In this document: one piece after another, positions 1 to 10,374 of the stretch
Layout: each line of letters begins with the position of its first letter
Numbering within the stretch: position 1 is the stretch's first letter
Source of the DNA: a virus
Taxonomy: Duplodnaviria; Heunggongvirae; Uroviricota; Caudoviricetes
IMG/VR virus record: IMGVR_UViG_2713896776_000002
Length of the DNA: 44,739 bases
Direction: 5' to 3' (one strand)
Translations under genes and position numbers: made by a program
The notes under the pieces: model-generated
Databases searched by the model: none
Seen by the model: the letters and a program-made list of their open reading frames with translations, nothing else
What the model was told of the DNA's origin: nothing

Positions 1-46
1 GCCACTGGAGCACCTCAAAAACACCATCATACACTAAATCAGTAAG

Positions 47-1705
47 TTGGCAGCATCACCGCTACGCGCCAACATGGATGCCGCCAACTACAAGCACGTG
101 GTGCTGGGGCTTATCTTCCTCAAGTATGTGTCCGATGCCTTCGAGGCGCGTCAGCAGGAGCTAATCACCTTGTTCCGCGATGTCGGCAACCCGGACAACA
201 TCTATGCCATGTCGCGCGACGGTTACGACTCTGATGAAGAGTACGCACAGGCGATTGTGGATGAACTGGAGGTGGAAGATTACTACACCGAAAAGAACAT
301 CTTCTGGGTGCCGAAAGCCGCGCGCTGGGACACGCTGAAAAACAAAGCCATGTTGCCGACCGGCACCGTGCTGTGGGTGGATGAAACCACCGGCAAGGAT
401 GTGACGCTGCGCTCTGTGTCCTGGCTGGTGGATAACGCGCTCGATGAAATCGAAAAAACCAACCCGAAGCTGAAAGGTATTCTGAACCGTATCAGCCAGT
501 ATCAATTGGGCAACGAAGTGTTGACCGGGCTGATTAATACTTTCTCTGACGCCAACTTCAGCAACCCGGAATATAACGGCGAGAAGCTCAACTTAAAGAG
601 CAAAGATATTCTCGGTCACGTGTACGAATATTTCCTCGGTCAGTTCGCGCTGGCGGAAGGTAAGCAGGGCGGCCAGTATTACACGCCAAAAAGTATCGTC
701 ACCCTGATTGTTGAAATGCTGCAACCGTATAACGGGCGCGTGTATGACCCGGCGATGGGTTCCGGCGGGTTCTTTGTTTCCAGCGACCGTTTTATCGAAG
801 AGCACGCGGGCGAGAAGCAGTACAACGCCGCCGAGCAGAAGCGCAATATCTCTGTTTACGGCCAGGAGTCGAACCCGACCACCTGGAAGCTGGCGGCAAT
901 GAATATGGCGATCCGGGGTATCGACTTTAACTTCGGCAGCAAAAACGCCGACACCCTGCTGGACGACCAGCACCCGGATCTGCGAGCTGACTTCGTGATG
1001 GCGAACCCGCCGTTCAACATGAAGGAGTGGTGGAACGCCAAGCTGGAAAACGACGTGCGCTGGAAATACGGCACACCGCCGCAGGGCAACGCCAACTTTG
1101 CGTGGATGCAGCACATGATCCATCACCTTGCGCCAAAAGGTTCGATGGCGCTGCTGCTGGCGAACGGTTCGATGAGCTCCAACACCAACAACGAAGGCGA
1201 AATCCGCCGTAACCTGATCAAAGCCGATTTGGTCGAGTGCATGGTGGCGCTACCGGGCCAGCTCTTTACCAACACCCAAATCCCGGCCTGTATCTGGTTC
1301 CTGACCAAAGACAAATCCAGCGGCAACGGCAAAGCGCACCGCAAAGGCGAAGTGCTGTTTATCGACGCCCGCAAGATTGGCTTTATGAAAGACCGCGTGC
1401 TGCGTGACTTTACTCGTGAAGATATCGCCAGAATTGCCGACACCTTCCACAAATGGCAGGCAGATAAAGAGTACGAAGACGAAGCCGGATTCTGCTTCTC
1501 TGCAACGCTGGAAGATATTCAGAAAAACGACTTTGTGTTGACCCCTGGGCGCTATGTTGGTGCTACCGAGCAAGACGAAGATGATGAACCCTTTGCCGAG
1601 AAAATGGCACGATTGACGACGCAACTGAAAGATCAGTTGGAAGAGAGCGCGAACCTAGAAGCACAGATTAAGGCGAATCTGGGGGGGCTGGGTTATGAGT
1701 TTTGA
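47..1705 (+). CDS. hsdM: Type I restriction-modification system, DNA methyltransferase subunit HsdM
   Basis: 552-aa ORF; N6-adenine MTase motifs (DPAMGSGGFF = motif I, NPPF = motif IV); stop overlaps hsdS start. ORF starts at TTG 47 (first ATG at 74); in-frame TAA at 35-37 just upstream. Confidence 0.9.
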   Translation: MAASPLRANMDAANYKHVVLGLIFLKYVSDAFEARQQELITLFRDVGNPDNIYAMSRDGYDSDEEYAQAIVDELEVEDYYTEKNIFWVPKAARWDTLKNKAMLPTGTVLWVDETTGKDVTLRSVSWLVDNALDEIEKTNPKLKGILNRISQYQLGNEVLTGLINTFSDANFSNPEYNGEKLNLKSKDILGHVYEYFLGQFALAEGKQGGQYYTPKSIVTLIVEMLQPYNGRVYDPAMGSGGFFVSSDRFIEEHAGEKQYNAAEQKRNISVYGQESNPTTWKLAAMNMAIRGIDFNFGSKNADTLLDDQHPDLRADFVMANPPFNMKEWWNAKLENDVRWKYGTPPQGNANFAWMQHMIHHLAPKGSMALLLANGSMSSNTNNEGEIRRNLIKADLVECMVALPGQLFTNTQIPACIWFLTKDKSSGNGKAHRKGEVLFIDARKIGFMKDRVLRDFTREDIARIADTFHKWQADKEYEDEAGFCFSATLEDIQKNDFVLTPGRYVGATEQDEDDEPFAEKMARLTTQLKDQLEESANLEAQIKANLGGLGYEF

Positions 1706-3068
1706 GATTCCATTCTCTCATATTGCAGAGATTATTATGGGGCAATCCCCTAAAGGCGAAGAGGTTAATAATGAGGGGATAGGACTCCCCTTATTGAATG
1801 GACCTACAGAGTTTACTGACCGTTACCCTGCACCTGTGCAGCATACTGCATATGCAAAAAAAATATCGCTACCAGGAGATATTTTATTTTGTGTTCGTGG
1901 TTCAACAACCGGCAGGATGAACTATTCTGATCAAAAATATTGTATAGGTCGAGGTCTTGCTGCAATAAGAGGTCGAAACGGATATCCGACACCTTACGTT
2001 AAAGCTGTATTAGAGACTTATCTTCCTAAATTGCTGGCAGCTGCGACAGGATCAACTTTTCCTAATGTTAGCAAAGACCTTATTAATAATATTCCAGTAA
2101 GTGTTTTACCTGTTGAGAATGCTTGTAATATTAGTAAGCTCATCGAATTGCAGGAAGAGAAAGTATTCACGAATAATCAGATAAACCAAACCCTCGAACA
2201 AATGGCACAAGCCCTGTTCAAAAGCTGGTTTGTTAATTTTGAACCCGTAAAGGCCAAAATGGCAGTGCTGGAAGCGGGCGGTTCGCAGGAAGACGCAACG
2301 CTTGCCGCAATGACCGCCATTTCCGGGAAAAATGCGGATGCGCTAGCGGTTTTTGAGCGTGAACATCCTGAGCAGTATGCCGAATTAAAAGCCACGGCAG
2401 AGCTGTTTCCGTTGGCGATGCAGGACAGTGAGTTGGGGGAAATTCCGGAAGGGTGGACTCTATCTGAAATTGGAGCGCAAATCGATATTGCTGGTGGGGC
2501 AACGCCATCAACTAAAACACCTGATTTTTGGGATAATGGAGATATTCACTGGACTACACCTAAAGATTTATCCAACGTTAAAGACAAAATTTTACTGCAT
2601 ACAGAAAGAAAAATAACAAAAGCAGGATTGGGCAAAATTTCCTCTGGTTTACTACCTGTTAATACCGTGTTGATGTCATCACGTGCACCTGTGGGATACC
2701 TGGCAATTGCAAAAGTCCCTGTGGCGATTAATCAGGGATATATTGCCATGAAGTGTAATAAAGAGTTAAGCCCTGAATTCGTGTTACAGTGGTGTTCTGC
2801 AAACATGCCAGAAATTATATCTCGCGCAAGTGGTACCACCTTTGCTGAAATTAGTAAGAAAAATTTCAATCCAATTCCTCTTGTGAAGCCGCCACTTGAG
2901 CTTGTTAAAAATTATACCAAGCAAGTAAGTGCAATCTACTCGTTGATTGAAAATACTATGCGGGAAAATAATAGCCTAACCGAACTCCGCGACACCCTTC
3001 TCCCCAAACTTCTCTCGGGTGAAATTACCCTGCCGGAAGCAGAACAAATAATCAGCGAGGAAGCCTGA
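1695..3068 (+). CDS. hsdS: Type I R-M specificity subunit HsdS
   Basis: 457-aa ORF between hsdM and hsdR with overlapping start/stop codons; AT-rich variable regions flanking conserved stretches, typical of two target-recognition domains. Confidence 0.85.
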   Translation: MSFEIPFSHIAEIIMGQSPKGEEVNNEGIGLPLLNGPTEFTDRYPAPVQHTAYAKKISLPGDILFCVRGSTTGRMNYSDQKYCIGRGLAAIRGRNGYPTPYVKAVLETYLPKLLAAATGSTFPNVSKDLINNIPVSVLPVENACNISKLIELQEEKVFTNNQINQTLEQMAQALFKSWFVNFEPVKAKMAVLEAGGSQEDATLAAMTAISGKNADALAVFEREHPEQYAELKATAELFPLAMQDSELGEIPEGWTLSEIGAQIDIAGGATPSTKTPDFWDNGDIHWTTPKDLSNVKDKILLHTERKITKAGLGKISSGLLPVNTVLMSSRAPVGYLAIAKVPVAINQGYIAMKCNKELSPEFVLQWCSANMPEIISRASGTTFAEISKKNFNPIPLVKPPLELVKNYTKQVSAIYSLIENTMRENNSLTELRDTLLPKLLSGEITLPEAEQIISEEA

Positions 3069-6000
3069 TGCTAAGCGAAGACGATTTAGAACAGCAATGC
3101 CTGCAATGGTTTGCTGAACAGGGCTGGGACGTGCTGCACGGGCCGGATATCGCACCGGATGGCGATAACCCGCTGCGTGCCTCATTTCATGATGTGTTTC
3201 TGCGCCCGGTAATGCTGGAACAGCTGCAAACCATCAATCCCCATCTCCCTGTTTCCGTGCTGGAGGAGGTGATACTGCGTATCGCCCATGCGCACAGCCC
3301 GGATCTGGTCGTCAGCAATAAAGTCTTTCATCACCTGCTGCTCAATGGCGTACCCGTTGAATATAAGCATGAAGACAAGGTAATTCACGATAACGCGCTG
3401 TTAATGGATTTCAACCATCCAGACAACAACCGCTTTATGGTGGTGAACCAGGTCGCCATTCAGGGAATAAAGCAGGTTCGTCGTCCGGATATCATTGGCT
3501 ATATCAACGGTCTGCCGGTGGCGGTGATTGAGCTGAAAAGCCCCATTGATGCTAACGCCGATATCTGGGCGGCGTTTAACCAGTTACAGACCTATAAAAA
3601 CGAATTGAGCGATCTGTTTATCTGTAACGAAGCGCTGGTGGTGAGCGATGGGCAGAATGCGCGCATTGGCTCTCTCACGGCGGATGAAGAGCGCTTCCTG
3701 CCGTGGAAAACGGTGGCGAACGAAAATGACAAACCGCAGTTTGACTGGCAGCTTAAAACCGTCGTGCAGGGCTTTTTTAACCGTGAATTATTGCTCGATT
3801 ATATCCGCTATTTTGTCCTGTTTGAGAATGACGGCAAACGGCTGATTAAGAAGATTGCCGCCTATCACCAGTTCCATGCAGTGCGTGAAGCGGTGACGGC
3901 GACGATTGTGGCCTCGACCGGTAAACACCTGCCGTTGCACAGTAATATTCAGCCCGGTAGTAAAAAAGCGGGGGTCGTCTGGCATACCCAGGGTTCCGGC
4001 AAAAGTATCTCTATGTGCTGCTATGCCGGGAAACTGCTGCAACAGGCGGAGATGAACAACCCGACCATTGTGGTGGTGACGGATCGCAACGATCTCGACG
4101 GCCAGTTATACGCCACCTTCTGCCAGGCACAGGATTTGCTGAAGCAGACGCCACTACAGGCCAACGATCGAGATGAATTGCGCGAGTTGCTTAATGCCCG
4201 TGAATCCGGCGGCATCATCTTTACCACCGTGCAGAAGTTTGCGCCGCTGGACGGTGAGCAGAGCCATCCGGCACTCAATCAGCGCAGCAACATCGTGGTG
4301 ATTTCGGATGAAGCGCACCGTAGCCAGTATGGCCTGAGCGCCACGCTGGACAGACAAACGGGTGTCTATAAATACGGCTACGCAAAACATATGCGCGACG
4401 CGCTGCCGAATGCGTCGTTTATGGGCTTTACCGGCACGCCGATTGCCTCGGAAGATAAAGATACCCGTGCCGTGTTCGGTGATTATGTCTCTATCTACGA
4501 CATTCAGGATGCGGTCGATGACGGCGCAACGGTGCCGATCTACTACGAATCCCGGCTGGCAAAACTCGACCTGAACCATGAAGAGTTGGAAACGCTATCC
4601 GATCAGGTCGATGAACTGGTAGAAGACGAAGAGACGGGTCAGCAGGAGAAAACCAAAGGCGACTGGAGCCGTCTGGAAAAGCTGGTCGGTTCAGAGCCGC
4701 GTATCAAACAGGTGGCGGCCGATCTGGTTCAACATTTTGAAACGCGCAATGCTGCTATGAACGGCAAAGCGATGATTGTCGCCATGAGCCGCGAGATCTG
4801 CGTGAAACTGTACGATGCCATCGTGGCGATCCGCCCGGAATGGCACAGTGAAGACGTTGAACAAGGGGCGATCAAAGTCATCATGACCGGATCGGCGTCA
4901 GATAAAGACCATCTGCAATCGCATATCTACAACAAACAGACCAAAAAACGCCTGGAAGCCCGCTTTAAAGATCTGAACGACCCGCTGAAACTGGTGATTG
5001 TGCGGGATATGTGGCTGACCGGGTTTGATGCCCCGTGCTGCCACACCATGTATATCGACAAACCGATGCGCGGCCATAACCTGATGCAGGCGATTGCCCG
5101 CGTTAACCGTGTGTTCCGGGATAAACCCGGCGGACTGGTGGTGGATTATATCGGCATTGCCAACGAGCTGAAGCAGGCGCTGAAAACCTATACCGACTCA
5201 AAAGGCAAAGGGCAGTCCACGGTCGATGCCCGGGAAGCCTTTGCCATTCTGCTGGAAAAAATCGACATTATTCATGGGATGTTTGCGCCCTCGGCAGGAA
5301 AACCCGGCTTCAGTTACGCAGGTTTTTCTCGCGACCCGTTAGCGTTCTTACGCGATGCGGTGAACTATATTCTGGGGCTGGATGACGGTAAAAAACGCTA
5401 CCTCGATGTTTCGCTGGCGATGAGTAAAGCCTGGTCACTGTGTAATACGCTGGATGAGGCGAAACCCTTACAGGAGGAGTTCGCGTTTCTTTCGGCGGTC
5501 AGGGTGGGGCTTATCAAGCTCGATCCGAAGGCAAAGTTTAGCCAGTCAGAAAAAAACTCTCTACTGAGCAAGATCCTCGATAACGCGGTTGTCGCGACCG
5601 GGGTTGAGGATGTCTTCGCACTCGCCGGGCTGGATAAACCGAACATAGGTTTGCTGTCCGATGAGTTTTTGGAAGAAGTGCGGGAAATGCCGCAGCGTAA
5701 TCTGGCAGTGGAACTGCTGGAAAAACTGCTCAATGACGGCATTCATGCCCGTTCGGGCAATAACGTGGTGCAGCAGAAGAAATACTCCGACCGACTGAAA
5801 GCGGTGCTGCTCAAATACAATAACCGCGCCATTGAGACCGCGCAGGTGATTGAAGAGCTGATCCAGATGGCGAAAGCGTTCCAGGAGGCGATGGCGCGTG
5901 ATGATGCGCTGGGGCTGACCCCGGATGAAATCGCCTTCTATGATGCGCTGGCTGAAAATGAAAGTGCAGTGCGTGAACTGGGCGATGATACGCTGAGAAA

Positions 6001-6199
6001 GCTGGCCATCGAAGTGACATTGAAATTGCGGCAGTCCACCACCGTGGACTGGCAGGTGCGTGAAAGCGTGCGTGCCCGATTGCGTATTCTGGTGCGCCAG
6101 ACGCTGCGTAAGTATAAGTATCCGCCGGACAAAACGCCGGGCGCCGTGGAACTGATTTTGAAGCAGGCAGAAGTGGTGTCGAACAGCTGGACAGTCTAA
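3068..6199 (+). CDS. hsdR: Type I R-M restriction subunit HsdR (helicase/nuclease)
   Basis: 1043-aa ORF; helicase motifs (GSGKS Walker A, DEAH box in [10 protein letters not shown]); ATG overlaps hsdS stop. Confidence 0.9.
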   Translation: MLSEDDLEQQCLQWFAEQGWDVLHGPDIAPDGDNPLRASFHDVFLRPVMLEQLQTINPHLPVSVLEEVILRIAHAHSPDLVVSNKVFHHLLLNGVPVEYKHEDKVIHDNALLMDFNHPDNNRFMVVNQVAIQGIKQVRRPDIIGYINGLPVAVIELKSPIDANADIWAAFNQLQTYKNELSDLFICNEALVVSDGQNARIGSLTADEERFLPWKTVANENDKPQFDWQLKTVVQGFFNRELLLDYIRYFVLFENDGKRLIKKIAAYHQFHAVREAVTATIVASTGKHLPLHSNIQPGSKKAGVVWHTQGSGKSISMCCYAGKLLQQAEMNNPTIVVVTDRNDLDGQLYATFCQAQDLLKQTPLQANDRDELRELLNARESGGIIFTTVQKFAPLDGEQSHPALNQRSNIVVISDEAHRSQYGLSATLDRQTGVYKYGYAKHMRDALPNASFMGFTGTPIASEDKDTRAVFGDYVSIYDIQDAVDDGATVPIYYESRLAKLDLNHEELETLSDQVDELVEDEETGQQEKTKGDWSRLEKLVGSEPRIKQVAADLVQHFETRNAAMNGKAMIVAMSREICVKLYDAIVAIRPEWHSEDVEQGAIKVIMTGSASDKDHLQSHIYNKQTKKRLEARFKDLNDPLKLVIVRDMWLTGFDAPCCHTMYIDKPMRGHNLMQAIARVNRVFRDKPGGLVVDYIGIANELKQALKTYTDSKGKGQSTVDAREAFAILLEKIDIIHGMFAPSAGKPGFSYAGFSRDPLAFLRDAVNYILGLDDGKKRYLDVSLAMSKAWSLCNTLDEAKPLQEEFAFLSAVRVGLIKLDPKAKFSQSEKNSLLSKILDNAVVATGVEDVFALAGLDKPNIGLLSDEFLEEVREMPQRNLAVELLEKLLNDGIHARSGNNVVQQKKYSDRLKAVLLKYNNRAIETAQVIEELIQMAKAFQEAMARDDALGLTPDEIAFYDALAENESAVRELGDDTLRKLAIEVTLKLRQSTTVDWQVRESVRARLRILVRQTLRKYKYPPDKTPGAVELILKQAEVVSNSWTV

Positions 6200-6233
6200 A
6201 ACGTTCATCGATTATCTTGACGGAGGTGGTTCA

Positions 6234-6728
6234 ATGTCGGTTACTGTAACAGTTGAAAAAGTAGGGGCGGCATTTGCATTGATCAAATGCCACCATAGGC
6301 CTGAAGCAGAATATGAATTTACTGGTGAGTTTCTCGGGCTTTCACACGAGCTGAAGTTTGCAGGGAAGAATTTACGAGAACTGAGAGAAACTGGCTGTTC
6401 TATTTATGGAATTTATCAGGATGAATACGGCATGACCTTACTTCCTGATCATCCCGGCATTAAACTGGCCGAAATACTAGCGGTATCAAATATAGGACTG
6501 AATAAATTTTCGGTTTACATGGGATGTCGCGAGCAAGAGATAGTTGAATTGTTGAACGGTTCAGTTTCACTGACGAAAGCTATGGCACTCCGATTATCGC
6601 ATGTAGTCGGTGGAAGTTGGTCGAAGTGGATGTTAATTCAAGAGCAGTTTGAATTACAGTTGGCACAACGAGAGATTAAAGAATTAATGATTTTGACTAA
6701 TATCGGGGATGAGGTCGTTGGATTATAG
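6234..6728 (+). CDS. HigA-like XRE-family HTH protein with ~70-aa N-terminal extension
   Basis: Strong RBS (GGAGGTG) before ATG; C-terminal half (HPGIKLAEILA...LNGSVSLTKAMALRLSHVVGGSWSKWMLIQEQFEL) fits the HigA antitoxin HTH pattern; no partner toxin ORF seen. Confidence 0.5.
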   Translation: MSVTVTVEKVGAAFALIKCHHRPEAEYEFTGEFLGLSHELKFAGKNLRELRETGCSIYGIYQDEYGMTLLPDHPGIKLAEILAVSNIGLNKFSVYMGCREQEIVELLNGSVSLTKAMALRLSHVVGGSWSKWMLIQEQFELQLAQREIKELMILTNIGDEVVGL

Positions 6729-6800
6729 TAAAACAACCATCTTTAACTGATGGGTTTGGCCTTTCCATCCATAAGAAAGGCCATTGCTGTAAAAAATAAA

Positions 6801-7427
6801 TTACCCGCGACTGCAGCCGAAATTACGGTCCCCATCACCGACTATTTTAGTTCTTACTTTGGTCATGTAATCCACCCTGTTCATCAAATCGCTATAAGTC
6901 TGCTCAAAGTTGTCCCTTTTACGATTTAGGAGATATTTTCCATTTGATGGGTAATTAACTAGCTTCCCAGAGTCATCTATCGGGATGCCAAGTGCACTGT
7001 ACCAGGCTGTTGTTATCATTGTACGTAACGTGTTACGCTTTAAGTCATAATCCCCCAAATGATAATAAGCATCCTGATTGAAACACAATATCAGATGGTA
7101 ATGCCGTTTTCCATTTTTGGTATATTCTCGGACCCATGCGTAACGTAAGGTTGAATGTCGGGTATCAGGCCAGTCTTTTCGTTGAGTTTTAATATGCTTA
7201 TCGTGTTCAAGCTTTGCTTTTAACGCACTGGTAAAGCGAGATATAGCACCAGAGTCAACTCTGGGTTGAAAGAATGGGTTATCCATATTTTCTGTATCAA
7301 TTGGATCATGCAGATCAACACGAAGAATCATTGAGTTAGGATGTTCGTTGAGGGAGTCATCAATAACCTGTTGTATTCTATCCCGATATAGGGATACGTG
7401 TGATCCGAATTCACTATCGTATGTCAT
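6801..7427 (-). CDS. YfjJ-like protein (inovirus Gp2 family), CP4-57-type island core gene
   Basis: 208-aa ORF; sequence and position next to DUF3987/AlpA/int recall yfjJ of CP4-57. Recognition by memory, not searched. Confidence 0.5.
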   Translation of the reverse strand: MTYDSEFGSHVSLYRDRIQQVIDDSLNEHPNSMILRVDLHDPIDTENMDNPFFQPRVDSGAISRFTSALKAKLEHDKHIKTQRKDWPDTRHSTLRYAWVREYTKNGKRHYHLILCFNQDAYYHLGDYDLKRNTLRTMITTAWYSALGIPIDDSGKLVNYPSNGKYLLNRKRDNFEQTYSDLMNRVDYMTKVRTKIVGDGDRNFGCSRG

Positions 7428-7456
7428 ATTGTATCCTATTTATTGATATTGGTGTA

Positions 7457-7481
7457 GGTAATATATACAATATATATTACC
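7457..7481. promoter_or_regulatory. Perfect inverted repeat GGTAATATATA-caa-TATATATTACC upstream of the yfjJ-like gene
   Basis: 11-bp arms, 3-bp spacer, 30 bp upstream of the minus-strand start at 7427; likely operator or promoter element. Confidence 0.4.
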
Positions 7482-7557
7482 TATCATGATAACAAACTAT
7501 TAGCCGGACTGGGCTCGGTGTTTGTTTTTACTCCTGAATTAAAATCATTTGTTATCA

Positions 7558-8973
7558 TCAAAGCACGGGGTTTAAACCAGCTATGGTTATCAATGTGGTT
7601 TTGCCTTTCTTTGCCACTAGTATTCTATTTTGAGAGTACAACATACCGAGTAATTCATTTGCTTTACTACGCTTTCTAAATTTATTAGGACCATATTGGA
7701 GAACAGTATTTTTAGTAATGTAAGGTACAACAAGGCGGTTACAATGATTTTTTATCCACCAATAAAGCTCATCCGCCTCCGAGATTGCGGGCGTTAATTC
7801 CTGAGGTTTAGAAAATATGTGGATGTACTCATTAACATACCAGGTAGTTATCTTCACAGCATCTTCGACTGCAGAAAGAGATATATCTCCATCATTGCCA
7901 TTAAAATAATGCAGCAGAGAGGCCACTCTGGCCATATTTTCTGCGACCTTAGATGCATAGTCTCTAAAATCTGATAAGGTGCCGAGTAAGCCCATATCTG
8001 ACTCCACCTTGTTATAAAATTCGATCCAGCGATTTTCTGCTTCTACAGAAAATCGCAGGCAAAGACGATCATTTTGATTATCTCTGGCAATACTTTCGTT
8101 AACTATCTCCATCAGTCGTTGATGGAATACCGGCAAATGTTCGCTTGAAACAACGGGGCTGGAGATTCTTCTGGAACCTTGCTTTGAATCAGGCTGGCAT
8201 ATGAGACATCGAGCGAAAAAACCGATCCCTTTGGCTGTATCGCCTTTACGTTGCAGATAACCTTTAAACACATCAGGCTGAACCATAAGTGCTAGCGTCA
8301 GTCTGGCATCTCTGATTAATTTCTCTGGCTCACTTTTCCTTTCCACTGAAAATGTTGCGCCATCCCACATTTTGTTGATGAAAGGCAGTTCGTTCAGCGT
8401 GTAACCGTTAAAAATAGTGCCAGCCTCATCAGACATGATACCGATAGATCGCCAATAACCACAGAGGTAATCTTTAATAGCCGCAGGAGTGGCATCATTA
8501 AATATCTGCTTGAACCTGATCGGTGGTTGCTGGTGCGACGCCAACAGCGCTTTAAGTTGTTCATTTGTCGCCAGATGATCTTTGTTACGGCGAATATCTG
8601 ATTTGAGTTTTGACATCAGTGCTTTTCTTTCAAAATTAAAAATTTCTTCATCACTTCGCCAGGTATTAAGAGCATGCGTGTACTTATCAAATAATTCTTC
8701 CTCCAGTTGATATAATGGCTTCATCAGCATTTTATCAACCGTACTTTTCCGTTCGCCAGATTCTGCAAGTGTCAGCAAGTAAAGTGATACTGGGCTACGT
8801 AGATTAGTAAGTCGACAAACATCAATCCGGTTCTGACAGGCAAGAGATATTACCCCAAGAGCAGAAGCAGCAATCAAACCTTGAGGGGCCTGCGTATGCT
8901 GTTCCACTTCATAAATTGCATTTCTGATAATCTGAGGGAACGCATTTACAGGAAAAGGATGACCGTTAAACAT
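7558..8973 (-). CDS. DUF3987-family protein (YfjI-like; P4-alpha helicase-related)
   Basis: 471-aa ORF; position between AlpA-like and YfjJ-like genes as in CP4-57. Family assignment from memory. Confidence 0.5.
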   Translation of the reverse strand: MFNGHPFPVNAFPQIIRNAIYEVEQHTQAPQGLIAASALGVISLACQNRIDVCRLTNLRSPVSLYLLTLAESGERKSTVDKMLMKPLYQLEEELFDKYTHALNTWRSDEEIFNFERKALMSKLKSDIRRNKDHLATNEQLKALLASHQQPPIRFKQIFNDATPAAIKDYLCGYWRSIGIMSDEAGTIFNGYTLNELPFINKMWDGATFSVERKSEPEKLIRDARLTLALMVQPDVFKGYLQRKGDTAKGIGFFARCLICQPDSKQGSRRISSPVVSSEHLPVFHQRLMEIVNESIARDNQNDRLCLRFSVEAENRWIEFYNKVESDMGLLGTLSDFRDYASKVAENMARVASLLHYFNGNDGDISLSAVEDAVKITTWYVNEYIHIFSKPQELTPAISEADELYWWIKNHCNRLVVPYITKNTVLQYGPNKFRKRSKANELLGMLYSQNRILVAKKGKTTLITIAGLNPVL

Positions 8974-9099
8974 ATAATACCTCTAATACAATTCACGTTA
9001 AAAAATTCTGCGCAAGTTGTTATTCCGCTATTAATAGCAGAAATAGCAGGATGAAATAACTCTAATTACAACATTTTGAATGTATGTTAGGTAATTACT

Positions 9100-9312
9100 T
9101 CAAATAAGTTTGCTGCGTTGCGATAGCCATTCATCAATCTCTGATTCAACCCATCCAACAGATTTCACTCCGAGCATTCGCTTTTTGGGGAAGGAAGCGT
9201 CGTAACGCGGTGATTTGGGGTTCAACCAGTCGTAGATTGTTGCCCTTGCCATACCAGTTTTTTGGATTACCGTAGGTAAGCGGAGTATCCTAACGGTTGA
9301 TGGATTGTTCAT
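9100..9312 (-). CDS. alpA: AlpA-family transcriptional regulator / excisionase-like HTH protein
   Basis: 70-aa ORF; motif RILRLPTVIQKTGMARATIYDW... typical of the AlpA/phage-Xis HTH family; sits next to a P4-type integrase. Confidence 0.7.
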   Translation of the reverse strand: MNNPSTVRILRLPTVIQKTGMARATIYDWLNPKSPRYDASFPKKRMLGVKSVGWVESEIDEWLSQRSKLI

Positions 9313-9419
9313 GCTTGATTGCCTCTCGTTAGTTCATTTTGGTTGTAGAAAGATTAGCGGCAAGCATTAATGCAAAAAATCCGCGTACCAAAAATACATT
9401 TTTTACAACACTTAACTAA

Positions 9420-9785
9420 TTGATATTTGGTGTTTTTATGTTGACAGCGATTGAGTTTTGCGAAGAAATTAGTCAAAAATCGGTTTGTCTTTCTGGGCAG
9501 ATGGTCGAATGTGATTGGGACATATACATTGATATGCTCAGCGAAAGTTATCCTGCGATACTGAAGGAACTAAGCGAAATGCGAGATCAGTTCTGGAATT
9601 CTGATAAGGTAGGAACACGTGTGGTTTTGTATAGTGCTCCATCTCATGAAGAGTATAAATATTGTACTGGTGACAGAGTGGGTCAATTAATAGAGGAATA
9701 TGCTGAATTATATGATCCAGTTCAGGAATGCTGGAAAGAGTTAAAGTCACGTATTTTCAGGGGAACATTTTCTCATCTTATTTAG
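9420..9785 (+). CDS. Hypothetical protein (AT-rich island cargo)
   Basis: 121-aa ORF, AT-rich, opposite strand to island core genes; no recognisable motif. Confidence 0.35.
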   Translation: MIFGVFMLTAIEFCEEISQKSVCLSGQMVECDWDIYIDMLSESYPAILKELSEMRDQFWNSDKVGTRVVLYSAPSHEEYKYCTGDRVGQLIEEYAELYDPVQECWKELKSRIFRGTFSHLI

Positions 9786-9863
9786 GATCCTTTTTTAATT
9801 AATGATGTGTTTAAATCACATCTATTTTTTGCCTCGATGTCTTATCAATGGGGAAAATCAGTT

Positions 9864-10316
9864 ATGTCAGAGAATGAGTGTGTTGCTATTAAAGCATTCA
9901 TTAAATCTTCTGAATTATTTGATAGATGTATTGGTATGTCATGGTTTCATGTTTCTGTATGTGCTCAAAAAAAATTATCCCATGTTAGAGCTAAAGCCGG
10001 AAAACAAGGTGGGAGCAGTAAAGCGGAAGTATATCGAGTAATTCAAGATAAACTTGTTTATTTGATCAATGAATCTGTTCCTGAAGGTGGGTGGAAAAGT
10101 AAAGCAGCTGCGGTAAATGCTCTCATTGATCCTTTGTGGGACTTTATTAAAGAGTCAAATTTTGACATTAATAATGAAAGTAAAAAATATCGTATCGCAA
10201 CAATGAGCCAAGATGCTTTGGAAGATACTATTATTAAAAACTGGTCAAGAAATATTGAAAGTATCAAATTGGCTTTAGATAATACAGTTGCTAGAAAAAA
10301 GAAAGTCACAGGATAA
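9864..10316 (+). CDS. Hypothetical protein (AT-rich island cargo)
   Basis: ORF 9807-10316; start placed at ATG 9864 (MSENEC...) preceded by GGGGAAAA RBS; no recognisable domain. Confidence 0.35.
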   Translation: MSENECVAIKAFIKSSELFDRCIGMSWFHVSVCAQKKLSHVRAKAGKQGGSSKAEVYRVIQDKLVYLINESVPEGGWKSKAAAVNALIDPLWDFIKESNFDINNESKKYRIATMSQDALEDTIIKNWSRNIESIKLALDNTVARKKKVTG

Positions 10317-10374
10317 AAGCCCGTATTATTAATAGTTGAATTATCAGCACCCATTATGGGTGCTGATAAAGGAT

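Noticed and set aside
161-1624. Several minus-strand ORFs (114-177 aa) overlapping hsdM
   Set aside because: Antisense to a well-supported methyltransferase gene, no RBS, GC-rich frame artefacts.
5561-6208. 215-aa minus-strand ORF inside hsdR
   Set aside because: Antisense overlap with the HsdR C-terminus; composition typical of a shadow ORF.
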